NCBI GenBank assembly: GCA_963666925.2
Contig: CAXXTC010000007.1
Location: forward strand, 96,001-160,000
Direction: 5' to 3'
Length of the DNA: 64,000 nucleotides
From: Phycisphaerae bacterium
GTDB lineage: Bacteria; Planctomycetota; Phycisphaerae; UBA1845; Fen-1342
The position numbers and the translations under genes were made by a program. Below, one piece after another: positions 20,054-30,432 of this stretch (positions within the stretch are counted from its first letter, which is position 1; every line of letters begins with the position of its first letter). The notes beneath the pieces were generated by a model, which saw only the letters and a program-made list of their open reading frames with translations, was not told the origin of the DNA and did not search any database.

Positions 20054-22054
20054 ATGTCGAACTCACCGGGATCTTTGCCACAGGAGGCTTGTGCTGTGTC
20101 CACACTGAAGCTGTTTCGTCAAACGTGCCTGTTCAGTTTGCTGGTGTTGTTGGCATCTGCTGGAGTGAGCGGCGCCTGGGCCTCCGTGCCCGGACAGGCG
20201 GCCGCCATGCAGGTCAGTGAATCCAGCTACTACGATTTCATGGATAATTGGCTCTACACCCATCAGGGCGACAACCGCGGCCCGAGCGGCCCCGACCTGG
20301 TCCCCTGTCGTGAAAACATCGTATATCTCATGCAGTCCTACGGGCTCGACGTCACCATCGAGCCGTTCACCTACTCCAGCGGAACCTATCACAACGTCGT
20401 CGGCACATTGTGGGGCACCGTCGATCCCGACATCGAGTACGTCATCGGCGCCCACTACGATTCTGTCAGCAATCCGGGCGCCGACGATAACGCCAGCGGC
20501 GTCGCCCTCGTCCTCGAATGTGCCCGCATCCTCAGCCAGTATGAATCAGATTACACCATCCGCTTCGTCGCGTTCTCGATGGAGGAGGTTGGCCTCGTCG
20601 GCAGCAGCGCCTATGTCTCTGCCCACGCCGGCGACGATATCCGCGGCATGATCTCTGCCGACATGGTCGCCTACGACACCGGCACCAATATCGCCCGCAT
20701 CTACGGTCGCGACACCTCCGCCACAATCAAGAACGCCCTCGGGGCCGCCATCGACGAATACAGCGATGGACTGACCTGGACTGACAGCGGCCGGCTCGAC
20801 GCCAGCGATCACGCCCCCTTCGAGTCCGCCGGCTACCAGGCCTGTCTCCTGATCGAGGGACTGGTCTGGAGCAACCCGTACTACCACAGTTCCGGCGATT
20901 ACATGGAGCAGCCCAACTACCTCGATTTCACCTTCGCCACCCGCATGACACGCAGCGTCGCCGGCTGGCTCGTCGACCAGGCCGGCGTGCTCGTCGATGC
21001 CGACTACCTGACCTTCGACTATCCCGACGACTTGCCCGAGCTCGTCAGCCCTGCCGGCGGAACGGCCATCCGTGTCGACGTCATTCCCATGGGCGACGCG
21101 ATCGTGCAGGCCGGCTCGGCCACACTGCACGTCGACATCGGCAGCGGCTGGGAAACCTACGCCCTTACCGACCTCGGATCCAATCAGTACGAGGCCGTCA
21201 TCCCCGCCGCCCCCTGCGGCGATTCCGTGCTGTTCTACTTCTCCGCTGAGGATATCGACAGCAACGTCTTCACCGATCCGATCAACGCTCCCGGCACCTA
21301 TCACACCGCCCTGGCAGCCTATGGCGAAGATGTGTTCTACAGCGAGACGCTCGATTCCAGCCCGGGTTGGTTCACCGAAGGGCTCTGGTCTTTCGGACAG
21401 CCCGCCGGCAGCGGCGGCGATTCCCACGGCAACCCCGATCCCGACAGCGGATACACCGGAGATTACGTCTACGGCTACAACCTCGCCGGCGACTACGAAA
21501 ACGGCCTCGATGAACTCCATCTGACCAGTACCGCGATCGACTGCACAGGAAAATTCGGCGTCAAGTTGAACTTCTGGCGCTGGCTGAATGTCGAACAGCC
21601 CTCCTACGACCACGCCTACGTCCGCGTCTCCAACGACGGCAACACCTGGACGACCGTTTGGGAAAACAGCAGCGAAGTTGCAGACGCTGATTGGACCGAG
21701 CAGACGCTCGATATCTCCGCCGTAGCCGACGATCAACCCGCCGTCTACCTCCGCTGGACCATGGGTGAAACCGACGGTTCCTGGCAATATTCCGGCTGGA
21801 ACATCGACGACGTCAGCCTCAGCGCGTTCGTTTGCACCGCCCCCTACGTCCCCGGCGATTCAAACTGCGACGCGGCTGTAAACTTCGACGACATCGACTG
21901 CTTCGTCGCGGCCATCGTCGACGAGCAATCGTGGCTCGATCTCCACGGCGGCAGCGCTGCCTGCGGCTACCTCGACGTCAACGACCTCAACGGCGACACC
22001 TACGTGAACTTCGACGACATTGACGGCTTCATCGCGGCAATAGTTGGCGGCTGA
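20054..22054 (+). CDS. Secreted M28-family metallopeptidase with dockerin-like C-terminus
   Basis: GAHYDS, GADDNASG, MEEVGLVGS, SDHAPF, YYHS. The C-terminal region is paralogous to the preceding gene. Start codon uncertain. Confidence 0.9.
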   Translation: MSNSPGSLPQEACAVSTLKLFRQTCLFSLLVLLASAGVSGAWASVPGQAAAMQVSESSYYDFMDNWLYTHQGDNRGPSGPDLVPCRENIVYLMQSYGLDVTIEPFTYSSGTYHNVVGTLWGTVDPDIEYVIGAHYDSVSNPGADDNASGVALVLECARILSQYESDYTIRFVAFSMEEVGLVGSSAYVSAHAGDDIRGMISADMVAYDTGTNIARIYGRDTSATIKNALGAAIDEYSDGLTWTDSGRLDASDHAPFESAGYQACLLIEGLVWSNPYYHSSGDYMEQPNYLDFTFATRMTRSVAGWLVDQAGVLVDADYLTFDYPDDLPELVSPAGGTAIRVDVIPMGDAIVQAGSATLHVDIGSGWETYALTDLGSNQYEAVIPAAPCGDSVLFYFSAEDIDSNVFTDPINAPGTYHTALAAYGEDVFYSETLDSSPGWFTEGLWSFGQPAGSGGDSHGNPDPDSGYTGDYVYGYNLAGDYENGLDELHLTSTAIDCTGKFGVKLNFWRWLNVEQPSYDHAYVRVSNDGNTWTTVWENSSEVADADWTEQTLDISAVADDQPAVYLRWTMGETDGSWQYSGWNIDDVSLSAFVCTAPYVPGDSNCDAAVNFDDIDCFVAAIVDEQSWLDLHGGSAACGYLDVNDLNGDTYVNFDDIDGFIAAIVGG

Positions 22055-22082
22055 CACAATCTCTCCTGCCGTCGGCCCCACT

Positions 22083-22148
22083 GTGGCACCGGTTTTCAAC
22101 CGGTGTGTCGAAGAGGCCGCCCCTTGCGCCACTGGTTATCAACCGGTG
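22083..22148. repeat. REP family C pair
   Basis: GTGGCACCGGTTTTCAACCGGTG (22083-22105) and GCCACTGGTTATCAACCGGTG. Similar copies at 46431 and 52061. Confidence 0.75.
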
Positions 22149-22332
22149 ATCGCTACTGGAACAGGTTCCAGGCGAATATATATAACGGGCGCGCTGCGGC
22201 TTGTCAGCTCAGCAGCACGCCCGTTTTATTCGTCAGCTCTCCACCTCCGCCGAGCTTCAATCAACGCGTCGTCCGGCCATGCCGGCGACGATCAGAGCAC
22301 GGTAGGGGGGGAGTCGCGTCGGCTGGGCTGGT

Positions 22333-22638
22333 TTACCAGCGACCGCGCCGGCCGCCACCGCCACCACCGCCACCACCGGGGCCGCCGGCGGGACGCGGAC
22401 GGGCTTCGTTTACCTTCAGCGCACGGCCGCCAAAGTCCTGTCCGTCCAGCGCCGAGATTGCCGCCTGAGCCTCTTCGTCCGAACCCATTTCGACAAAGCC
22501 GAAGCCTTTGCTACGACCGGTCGCCCGATCGCTGATCACGTTGGCACTGTCAACGGTGCCGTGACTGGCAAAGAGCTGTTCCAGCTCACTGCTCGTGGTG
22601 TCGTAGCTCAAGTTTCCAACATACAGTTTGCGACCCAT
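22333..22638 (-). CDS. RRM (RNP-1) RNA-binding protein with Gly-rich tail
   Basis: KLYVGNLSY (RNP-2) and KGFGFVEM (RNP-1). Confidence 0.95.
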   Translation of the reverse strand: MGRKLYVGNLSYDTTSSELEQLFASHGTVDSANVISDRATGRSKGFGFVEMGSDEEAQAAISALDGQDFGGRALKVNEARPRPAGGPGGGGGGGGGRRGRW

Positions 22639-23044
22639 CTTGAGTCTCCTATGCGCCCGTCGCCCGCGTTTCCGAACCTCGCTGCCGTGTCTTCAATCCA
22701 CCGGGATTCAATGGCCATTGGCCGTTGTGCACCCGTGTTCCCGAGCCGGTTGCCTGGCGGCGCTCCGGACCGATCGCGGATCGTCTCCCATCGAGGAGAA
22801 TTCGACACTCAGTCAGTGATGCTGGCGAGGGATGAAACTGGATCTTTGGGCTCTCTAAGTTACTGCGGCTCCTGCCGCCAAATGCCTCTAGGACCACTGC
22901 AATCCGCACCCGCCGAACGGGCGCGCTACAGCTCAGGCTGAAATCGAAGCCTCCAATGACCAGTCCGTTTCGGGAGAGAGCACTTGCACTTGCAAGCGAT
23001 TCTGCGAGAAGGGAAAGGATCGAAGAACTCTAACATTCCACACT

Positions 23045-23073
23045 ATCGTATACGCAATTTGCCACGCTGGCAA
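23045..23073 (-). promoter_or_regulatory. Sigma70-like promoter about 400 nt upstream of the RRM gene
   Basis: Minus strand TTGCCA, 17 nt, TACGAT. Confidence 0.6.
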
Positions 23074-23219
23074 TCACTACCAGGCCCGATTGGGGCGGAA
23101 CCGGGCGCAGCTCATGTGCCTCCGACCGCCAGGGGCCCCCCGGAAACGCAATAGCCCCTATACCCGGGCCGCCCGCAACCCGGGCGGCGTTCTCGTTCAC
23201 GGCCCGCTCCAGGACGCTG

Positions 23220-24740
23220 CTAGGCCAGGTTCATCGTCATCAGGAACAGCCGGTTCGACTCCATCTTCTCCAGTCGGCTACGCAGCAGCTCGACCGATTC
23301 GACCGGGTTCATATCGCTAAGCACCCGGCGCAGCATGTAGACCTTTTCGAGCTCGTCCGGGTGCAGCAGCAGCTCTTCCTTGCGCGTGCCCGACGCCGGA
23401 ATATTGATCGCCGGCCAGATACGCTTGTCCACCAGGCGGCGGTCCAGGTGCAGCTCGCTGTTACCCGTCCCCTTGAACTCCTCAAAAATAACCTCGTCCA
23501 TCTTCGATCCGGTGTCCACCAGGGCCGTCCCGATGATGGTCAGGCTGCCGCCTTCCTCAATGTTACGGGCCGCCCCGAAAAACCGCTTCGGCTTCTGGAG
23601 CGCGTTGGCATCAACGCCACCCGTGAGGATCTTCCCGGAGTGCGGCACTTCCGTGTTGTACGCCCGCGCCAGACGCGTGATCGAATCCAGCAGAATGACC
23701 ACGTCGTGCCCATACTCGACCAGTCGCCGGGCCTTGTCGATCACCATCTCCGCCACCTGCACGTGCCGGCTGGCCGGCTCGTCAAACGTGGAGCTGATAA
23801 CCTCGGCCTTGGTGGCCCGCTGCATCTCGGTCACTTCCTCCGGCCGTTCGTCGATCAGCAGGATGATGACCTTCGCGTCCTCGTGGTTGTGTGTGATGGC
23901 GTTGGCCATCTTCTGCAACAGAACCGTCTTCCCCGTTCGCGGCGGCGCGACGATCAGCATGCGCTGTCCCTTCCCGATCGGTGTGACCAGGTCGACGATG
24001 CGCATGTTCAGTTCTTTCGGATTCGTTTCCAGGTAGAGCCGCTCGTCCGGGTGCAGCGGCGTCAGATCCTCGAAGTTGGTCTTCTCCGTCACCGCCTCCG
24101 GCGATTCGTAATTAATCGCCTCGACCCGCAGCAACGCGAAGTAACGCTCCGATTCCTTCGGCGGACGAATCTGCCCCGCCACGATATGCCCATTGCGCAG
24201 GCCGAAACGCCGAATCTGCGACGGGCTCACGTAAATATCATCCGGGCACGGCAGGTAGTTATACTCGGGGCTGCGCAGGAAGCCGAAGCCATCCTGGAGC
24301 ACCTCGAGCACGCCCTCGCCATAGAGCAGACCGTTCTGGCTGATGCGGCGCTTCAGAATCTGGAAGATGAGGTCCTGCTTAGGCAGCCCCACGTACTCCT
24401 CGATATCCTCTTCCTTCGCGACTTCGTGCAACTCCGCGACCGTCATCTTCTGAAGATCGGTGATGTGCAGCTCACCACGCTTGATGCGCTCATACTTCTC
24501 GTGCGTCTCGCGATCAATCGGCGAGTCATCATCCGGCTCGCTCTTGCGCTTGCGACGCTTCTTGGTCGGTTCGGTCGCCTCCGTGCCGTCGTCCTCAGCA
24601 CCAGCCGGCGACTTCGTGGTTGCAGTTTCGTTTTCTTCCTCAGCAGCTTCGTCCACCGTGCTTTCGCCCTCTTCGGGGATGCTCTCGATGACGTCCTGGA
24701 GCTTCTTCTTGCTACGGGAACGAGTGGATGCCTTAGCCAT
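23220..24740 (-). CDS. rho: Transcription termination factor Rho (charged N-terminal extension)
   Basis: [49 protein letters not shown]. Confidence 0.98.
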   Translation of the reverse strand: MAKASTRSRSKKKLQDVIESIPEEGESTVDEAAEEENETATTKSPAGAEDDGTEATEPTKKRRKRKSEPDDDSPIDRETHEKYERIKRGELHITDLQKMTVAELHEVAKEEDIEEYVGLPKQDLIFQILKRRISQNGLLYGEGVLEVLQDGFGFLRSPEYNYLPCPDDIYVSPSQIRRFGLRNGHIVAGQIRPPKESERYFALLRVEAINYESPEAVTEKTNFEDLTPLHPDERLYLETNPKELNMRIVDLVTPIGKGQRMLIVAPPRTGKTVLLQKMANAITHNHEDAKVIILLIDERPEEVTEMQRATKAEVISSTFDEPASRHVQVAEMVIDKARRLVEYGHDVVILLDSITRLARAYNTEVPHSGKILTGGVDANALQKPKRFFGAARNIEEGGSLTIIGTALVDTGSKMDEVIFEEFKGTGNSELHLDRRLVDKRIWPAINIPASGTRKEELLLHPDELEKVYMLRRVLSDMNPVESVELLRSRLEKMESNRLFLMTMNLA

Positions 24741-24819
24741 TCTGGACCTCGCACGATGGCGCACCATTACTACACAGGGGCGCCGCTAACCTGACGCGTG
24801 TTCCACCGTTGATGCCCGC

Positions 24820-25446
24820 TCACGGGCATTCAAACCGGCTTACGATCTTCTTGAGGATGTCAAGTACCTGGGGACGCAACTGCGCCACAGGCCCGTTGTT
24901 GTCTACGACGAAATCGGCCCGCCGCCGTTTCTCCCCCAGCGGCATCTGCCAACTTTCCCGCTGTTGGAGTTCATCCACGCTCCACCCACGATTCGCGTGA
25001 AGGCGCTGCAACCGAGCGGCCTCGGTCGCTTCTACATACACAATAGCGTCACACTCTCGATCGAGGTTACTTTCAAACAGGAGCGGGGAATCGAGGACGA
25101 TGGCCTTGATCGCTGGATTATTATCTACCGCCCGTATCATAGCCCTGCGCCGCTGGTCAATCAAGGGGTGCACTAGGCTTTCCAAACGCCGTTTCTGCTC
25201 CAGATCCGCAAACACGATCCGGGCCACCGATTGCCGATCAATCTCCCCATCAACCCCGATCACCCCCGCTCCCCACCACTTCCGTAGCTGCTCCTTGACC
25301 GCTGCCTCATGCAGAACCGCCCGGTTCTGCTCGTCCGAGTTGATCACCAGGCACCCCGCCGACGCGAACTCAGCCGCCACCTGCGACTTGCCCGCCCCGA
25401 TCCCCCCACAAACCCCAATCGTCGGTTTCTTGCTGTGCTTGCTCAC
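24820..25446 (-). CDS. coaE: Dephospho-CoA kinase
   Basis: GGIGAGKS P-loop, LESLVHP, DSPLLFE, ADFVVDNNG. Confidence 0.93.
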   Translation of the reverse strand: MSKHSKKPTIGVCGGIGAGKSQVAAEFASAGCLVINSDEQNRAVLHEAAVKEQLRKWWGAGVIGVDGEIDRQSVARIVFADLEQKRRLESLVHPLIDQRRRAMIRAVDNNPAIKAIVLDSPLLFESNLDRECDAIVYVEATEAARLQRLHANRGWSVDELQQRESWQMPLGEKRRRADFVVDNNGPVAQLRPQVLDILKKIVSRFECP

Positions 25447-25691
25447 GCTGTCAGAATCTCATCAAGGGTGCAGTTGGGCGGATAAACCAGTGAATCCACC
25501 GTTCGCGGCCAAAGAGGGGCGGCGTCCTGGGCAGGCTACACGGGGAGGGGTTCACCAGCTTCCCCGCATGGTGCGACTTGTGACCCATTCCGCCCGGGTT
25601 GTCAATCCCGCCCCGTCAGGTAAAGTAGAAACGACCAGCCTGTTCGGGGGGTGTTGGTGTTCGAGACCCGGCTGGCACCAATGGAGCCACT

Positions 25692-26804
25692 ATGACTCGT
25701 CCCACACGCGTACTAATCGCCAAGATCGGACTCGACGGCCATGATCGCGGCGCCAAGCTCATCGTCCGAAACCTCCGTGATGCCGGCATGGAGGTCATCT
25801 ACACCGGCCTCTGGCAAACACCATCCTCGACCATCCACGCCGCTGTCCAGGAGGACGTCGACGTCCTCGGCGTAAGCCTGCTTTCCGCCGCACACATGAC
25901 CATCATGCCCGAACTTCGCCGCCTGTGCATCCAGGCCGGCATCCCCGATATCCCCATAATAGTCGGCGGAATCATTCCCGAAGAGGACCACCAGCCTCTG
26001 CGCGAGGCCGGCATCGATGGCGTCTTCAACCCCGGAACCCCCATGAAAGCCGTCATCGACTCCATCCGCGAACTCGCAGACCGCCGTACGCGCCAGCGCC
26101 AGGACGATACCACCACTCCCGACCTCCAGAACTCCACCGGACTCGCCCGCGCCATCACCTACGCTCTCATGGGACAGGCCGACCGCGTCGGAAATGTACC
26201 GGTCCCGCAGCACCCATCAGTCACGCTCGGCATCACCGGCTCCCCCGGCGTCGGCAAGTCCACCTTCATCGGCAAGCTCGCCGGCCAGCTCCGTCAGCGC
26301 GGCCGCCGCGTCGCCGTCATCGCCGTCGATCCCACCAGCCCCATCACCGGCGGCTCCGTCCTCGGCGACCGCCTCCGCATCATGCGCAACGAGCCCGACG
26401 ACGGACTCTTCATCCGCAGCCTCGCCTCGGCCGGCCAGGCCGGTGGGCTCGCCCCCGGCTGCGCCGACGTCGCCCGACTCATGGCCGCTGGCGGATACGA
26501 AGTCCTCCTCATCGAGACCGTCGGCGCCGGCCAGAACGACACCGAGGTCCGCAACCTCACCGACCACGTCTTCCTTCTCGTCATGCCCGGCGCCGGCGAC
26601 GCCATCCAGTTCGCCAAGGCCGGCGTCCAGGAAATCGCCACCGGCTTCGTCGTCCACAAATCCGACCTCCCCGGGGCCGACAAAACCGTCCGCCAACTAC
26701 GCGAATCGCTCGCCGACGATCGCCCCGTCTGGGCCGTCAGCTCACTCCGCGTCGAGGGACTTGACCCCCTCTGCGAATGGCTCGAAGAAAAGCTGGACAC
26801 CTGA
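25692..26804 (+). CDS. Fusion of cobalamin-binding domain (mutase small-subunit type) and MeaB/ArgK GTPase
   Basis: AKIGLDGHDRG (DxHxxG), then GITGSPGVGKST, AVDPTSPITGGSVLGDR, IETVGAGQ and HKSD. Confidence 0.88.
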   Translation: MTRPTRVLIAKIGLDGHDRGAKLIVRNLRDAGMEVIYTGLWQTPSSTIHAAVQEDVDVLGVSLLSAAHMTIMPELRRLCIQAGIPDIPIIVGGIIPEEDHQPLREAGIDGVFNPGTPMKAVIDSIRELADRRTRQRQDDTTTPDLQNSTGLARAITYALMGQADRVGNVPVPQHPSVTLGITGSPGVGKSTFIGKLAGQLRQRGRRVAVIAVDPTSPITGGSVLGDRLRIMRNEPDDGLFIRSLASAGQAGGLAPGCADVARLMAAGGYEVLLIETVGAGQNDTEVRNLTDHVFLLVMPGAGDAIQFAKAGVQEIATGFVVHKSDLPGADKTVRQLRESLADDRPVWAVSSLRVEGLDPLCEWLEEKLDT

Positions 26805-26888
26805 TCCCCGCTTACCCATCCGCAAATCCGACCACCTGAGCACGCCGCCAACGTTGCGTTCCGGCCCACGCCCGTTACGCTGCCACCC

Positions 26889-28856
26889 ATGCTCGCATGG
26901 CTGGATCATCCCCGCACGCACCACATCGGCGTGCCGCTGCTGCTACTCATCACCGCCACCATCGCTCTCACTTCCCTCATCACCGACAGCGTTACATTCG
27001 ACGAGACCAGCCACCTCACCGCCGGCCTGAGCGTCCTCCGCACCGGCGACTATCGCCTCGCCCCCGACCATCCGCCCCTCGCCAAAATCTGGTGTGCCGC
27101 ACCGCTCCTCCTGCTCGATTGCGACTGGCCGCCACCCGACGACGAGCACTGGGCCAGCGCCAACGTCTTTCAGTTCGGCCGCGAGTTCCTCTTCCAGCTC
27201 AACAACGGCCAAAGGCTCGTAGTCGTCGGCCGCTGCATGATGGTTGTGCTCCTCCTCGCCACGTGCTTGACCATCTATTTCACGGCGCGCCTCGTCGCCG
27301 GCCCCCGCGCTGCCCTCTTCGCCCTGACACTGGCGGCACTGAGCCCGACCCTGCTCGCCCATGGCCGACTGGTCACGACCGACCTGCCCATCACGTTGAT
27401 GTTCGTCCTCGTGCTGCTCACTTTCGCCCACCTGTTCCGCCAGCCGACGTGGCAGCGTTTCGTACCCGCCGCCATCGCCCTCGCCGCCGCCAGTGTCACC
27501 AAGCTTTCCTGGCCACTGGTCCTGCCCAGCTTGGCCGTGATGCTCGCCGCCCGCCTGTGGCAGGCCCGGCAGGCAACCAGCACAGACAAGCCGGCCCCGT
27601 TAACCAAAGCTGCGCAAAAGCCACCAACGCGTATCGGTCCACGTCTGACACTGATGGCACTGCTCGCGATCGTCGTCGTCTGGGCCGGCATCTGGACGGT
27701 CTACGGCTGGCGCCACTCCATCGCCGCTCCGCCGACCGATCCCGCCGACCAGGTCGGCTGGGCCCGCTTCGCCGCCACCCAGGAGCAAAGCGGCTTCTAC
27801 TGGCAACTCGCCCTGCACAACGACGACGGCACACCCCGCGCCGGCCTCGTGCCTACCACCATCCGCCTCATGGCCCACGTCGGACTCCTGCCCGACTCCT
27901 ACCTCCTCGGGCTCGCCCAGACACTCGCCGCCACCAGCGGACGCTGCGCCTATCTCTGCGGTTCCTACGGCTCCGCTGGCTGGTGGGTCTATTTCCCCGT
28001 CGCCATTCTCATCAAAACCCCCGTCCCCGTACTCCTGCTCATCTTCCTCGGCACCATCGCCCTGGCCCGGCGAAAGATCGCTATCCGCCATCCGCTCCTG
28101 CTGGTCGGCCTGATCACCTTCGCCGCCACCTATCTCCTCTACGTCATGAGCGGCAGCTTCGACATCGGCCATCGCCACGTGCTGCCGATCTACCCGACGC
28201 TTTTCGTCCTCGCCGGCGCCGCCGTCGGCTGGCTCACCCGGCGCGCCGGCCGAATCGCAATCAGCCTCGCACTCCTCTGGCTCGTCGGCGCCAATTTCTG
28301 GATCCACCCCCATTACCTGCCCTATTTCAACGAGCTCGTCGGTGGGCCCGCCCGCGGTCACCGTTACCTCGCCGACAGCAACATCGACTGGGGCCAGGAC
28401 CTCCTCCGACTGGCCGACTACGTCCGCCAGCACCCGGACGAACAACTCAAGCTCGGCTATTTCGGCAGCGCCGTCCCAACTTCCTATGTCGACTGCTCAT
28501 CCATGCCGAGCTTCATCGATTTCGAACCCCGCGCCGAACTCTCCGCCGGCACCTACGTCATCAGCGTCAACCGTTGGCTGGGTGTGAACGACCCCGAGCT
28601 GCGCCCCGAATTCTGGACCGACCGTTACCGCCAGGCCTACCAGACCCTCCAACAGATCGCCGAATCACCGCCGACGTCCGCCCCCAGTTCCCCGACCGCC
28701 GCCCAGCGCGAACAGGCCGCCCGGGAGTACCACGAGCTGCGCTACAAGCGCCTCATTAGTCGCCTGCGTTTGCTACCCCCCGACGCCCGCGTCGGCTACT
28801 CGCTCCTCGTGTATCGCCTCACCGACGCCCAGGTCGCCGAGCTGACCGCCCCCTGA
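26889..28856 (+). CDS. Glycosyltransferase family 39/83 (ArnT/PMT-like) integral membrane protein
   Basis: TFDETSH, DHPPL, GRLVTTD, many TM helices, DSNIDWGQD. Confidence 0.85.
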   Translation: MLAWLDHPRTHHIGVPLLLLITATIALTSLITDSVTFDETSHLTAGLSVLRTGDYRLAPDHPPLAKIWCAAPLLLLDCDWPPPDDEHWASANVFQFGREFLFQLNNGQRLVVVGRCMMVVLLLATCLTIYFTARLVAGPRAALFALTLAALSPTLLAHGRLVTTDLPITLMFVLVLLTFAHLFRQPTWQRFVPAAIALAAASVTKLSWPLVLPSLAVMLAARLWQARQATSTDKPAPLTKAAQKPPTRIGPRLTLMALLAIVVVWAGIWTVYGWRHSIAAPPTDPADQVGWARFAATQEQSGFYWQLALHNDDGTPRAGLVPTTIRLMAHVGLLPDSYLLGLAQTLAATSGRCAYLCGSYGSAGWWVYFPVAILIKTPVPVLLLIFLGTIALARRKIAIRHPLLLVGLITFAATYLLYVMSGSFDIGHRHVLPIYPTLFVLAGAAVGWLTRRAGRIAISLALLWLVGANFWIHPHYLPYFNELVGGPARGHRYLADSNIDWGQDLLRLADYVRQHPDEQLKLGYFGSAVPTSYVDCSSMPSFIDFEPRAELSAGTYVISVNRWLGVNDPELRPEFWTDRYRQAYQTLQQIAESPPTSAPSSPTAAQREQAAREYHELRYKRLISRLRLLPPDARVGYSLLVYRLTDAQVAELTAP

Positions 28857-28865
28857 CGATCTTAC

Positions 28866-29693
28866 CTACTCCTCCGCGCCCGCCGCCACTTCCTCCTCCG
28901 AAAGCAGATAAGGCGCCACGATGTACCGGTTCCAGCGGTATTGCAGGATCGGCATGTGCAGCCCCGAATGACCGGCCGCCTCCCACTCTTCGTTCCACCC
29001 CACCTGCTCAACCCGCTCCCGCAGCTCAGCGTCGGGCACCGCCACCTCCAGCAGGAAGCCTATTTGCGCCGCCGCCGGGACCAGTATCCGATCCATCGTG
29101 CCCCAGACCGTGCAGAACCACCCGCCCAGAAACACGTCACGCTCCGAGTACATCGCGATCAACTTCCCGTCGATGTGCTCGAGCGCCCGCGTCAGGTCAT
29201 ACGTCGGACTCAGCGCCGCCTGGCACAGCACCACGTTGTTCAGCTTGAACCCGTCCGGCAACTCCTCCGCCACCCACACCGCCAGTGCCGCTCCCGCCGA
29301 GTAACCCACCAGGTCGATTGGTTTATCCGGGTACTTCGCCCGATATGCGACGATCCGGTCGGCTACATATGCCGCCTGTCGCCGATTCGCCCCATAATCA
29401 AACAGGTGCGTCGAGAAGTCCGGCAACGGCCGATCCCAATCGAAGATATGTACCTCTTTCAGCAGCCCCGCCTCGCGCAGCCCGCGGTACGCGTCGTCCA
29501 GCTCGCCCGCCTCGCCGATCAAACCCGGGAACATCCACAACAGCCCGTACGCCGGCTCCGAAGTGGAGGCCTTCTGAAGTTCCGGATTGACGATCTCACC
29601 TTCCAGCGGAGCGCCACAACCCACCAGCCCGCTCACGAGCAGGCCGGCCAGCAGTCCCGCCACCGCAATCCGCACACTTACAGATCCGCACAT
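28866..29693 (-). CDS. Lipoprotein alpha/beta hydrolase
   Basis: Lipobox LVGC, GYSAG nucleophile elbow, GHSGLH. Confidence 0.75.
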   Translation of the reverse strand: MCGSVSVRIAVAGLLAGLLVSGLVGCGAPLEGEIVNPELQKASTSEPAYGLLWMFPGLIGEAGELDDAYRGLREAGLLKEVHIFDWDRPLPDFSTHLFDYGANRRQAAYVADRIVAYRAKYPDKPIDLVGYSAGAALAVWVAEELPDGFKLNNVVLCQAALSPTYDLTRALEHIDGKLIAMYSERDVFLGGWFCTVWGTMDRILVPAAAQIGFLLEVAVPDAELRERVEQVGWNEEWEAAGHSGLHMPILQYRWNRYIVAPYLLSEEEVAAGAEE

Positions 29694-29816
29694 GTTATCG
29701 TTCCCACAGCATCCACGCCGTCAGGAGAGCCTTCCACTCGCCCTGGATGGCCAATGTCGATGTGTCCCGCAACCACACCGGCCCGCAGTCGTGTCGGCCC
29801 ACAAACTCGCAGCCCG

Positions 29817-30284
29817 CTACCGTCCGGTATGCCCGAATCCGCCCGTCCCACGCTGCGATTCGCTCAACTCTTCCGATTCTTCAATTCGGACGTGCGCGAT
29901 CGGGCTGATCACGAGCTGCGCAAAACGCATCCCGCGATTAATCATATACGGCTCCCGGCCCACATTCCCAAGTACTACCTGCAATTCTCCCCGATAGTCC
30001 GCATCGATAGTCCCCGGCGCATTCGGCAGCATCACCCCGTGCCGCAGCGCCAGACCGCTCCGTGCCCGCACCTGCCCCTCGTACCCCACCGGTATCTCCA
30101 GGAACAGACCCGTCGGAATCAGCTTGATCTCCCCCGGCGCTATCGTAATCGGCTCCTGATTGGCGGCGTACAGATCCAGCCCCGCCGCATGGTCGCTCAT
30201 ATACTGCGGCAGCGGCAGCTCCTCAGTCCCCGGCTCCCGCCTTACCCGCAACACCGGCTGCATTTCGCAATTAGTCTCGTTCAC
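29817..30284 (-). CDS. dut: dUTP diphosphatase
   Basis: AGLDL, RSGLA, GTIDADYRGE, RFAQL, RGTGGFGHTG. Confidence 0.97.
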   Translation of the reverse strand: MNETNCEMQPVLRVRREPGTEELPLPQYMSDHAAGLDLYAANQEPITIAPGEIKLIPTGLFLEIPVGYEGQVRARSGLALRHGVMLPNAPGTIDADYRGELQVVLGNVGREPYMINRGMRFAQLVISPIAHVRIEESEELSESQRGTGGFGHTGR

Positions 30285-30432
30285 GCGCTCGCTTCCTCGC
30301 TCTCAATGTTCAGCCCGCCCACAGTATACCGACCTGCCAAGTGCTTGACAGGGCCGCCCCCAGCGGGCGCAATAGCACCGTTGGCAGAGGCCCGCATCCT
30401 CGCGATCCCTCCGCCAACATGAGAGGTCTACA

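Noticed and set aside
25447..25691. Possible ncRNA or cobalamin riboswitch before the B12-domain gene
   Set aside because: A GTGAATCC...GGGGTTCAC pairing exists, but no B12-box or other recognisable motif was found.
26897..28759. Long alternative-frame or antisense ORFs (e.g. 26897-28759, 46189-48063, 23361-24794, 61757-63331)
   Set aside because: Arg/Pro-rich shadow ORFs expected from high-GC codon bias over real genes.
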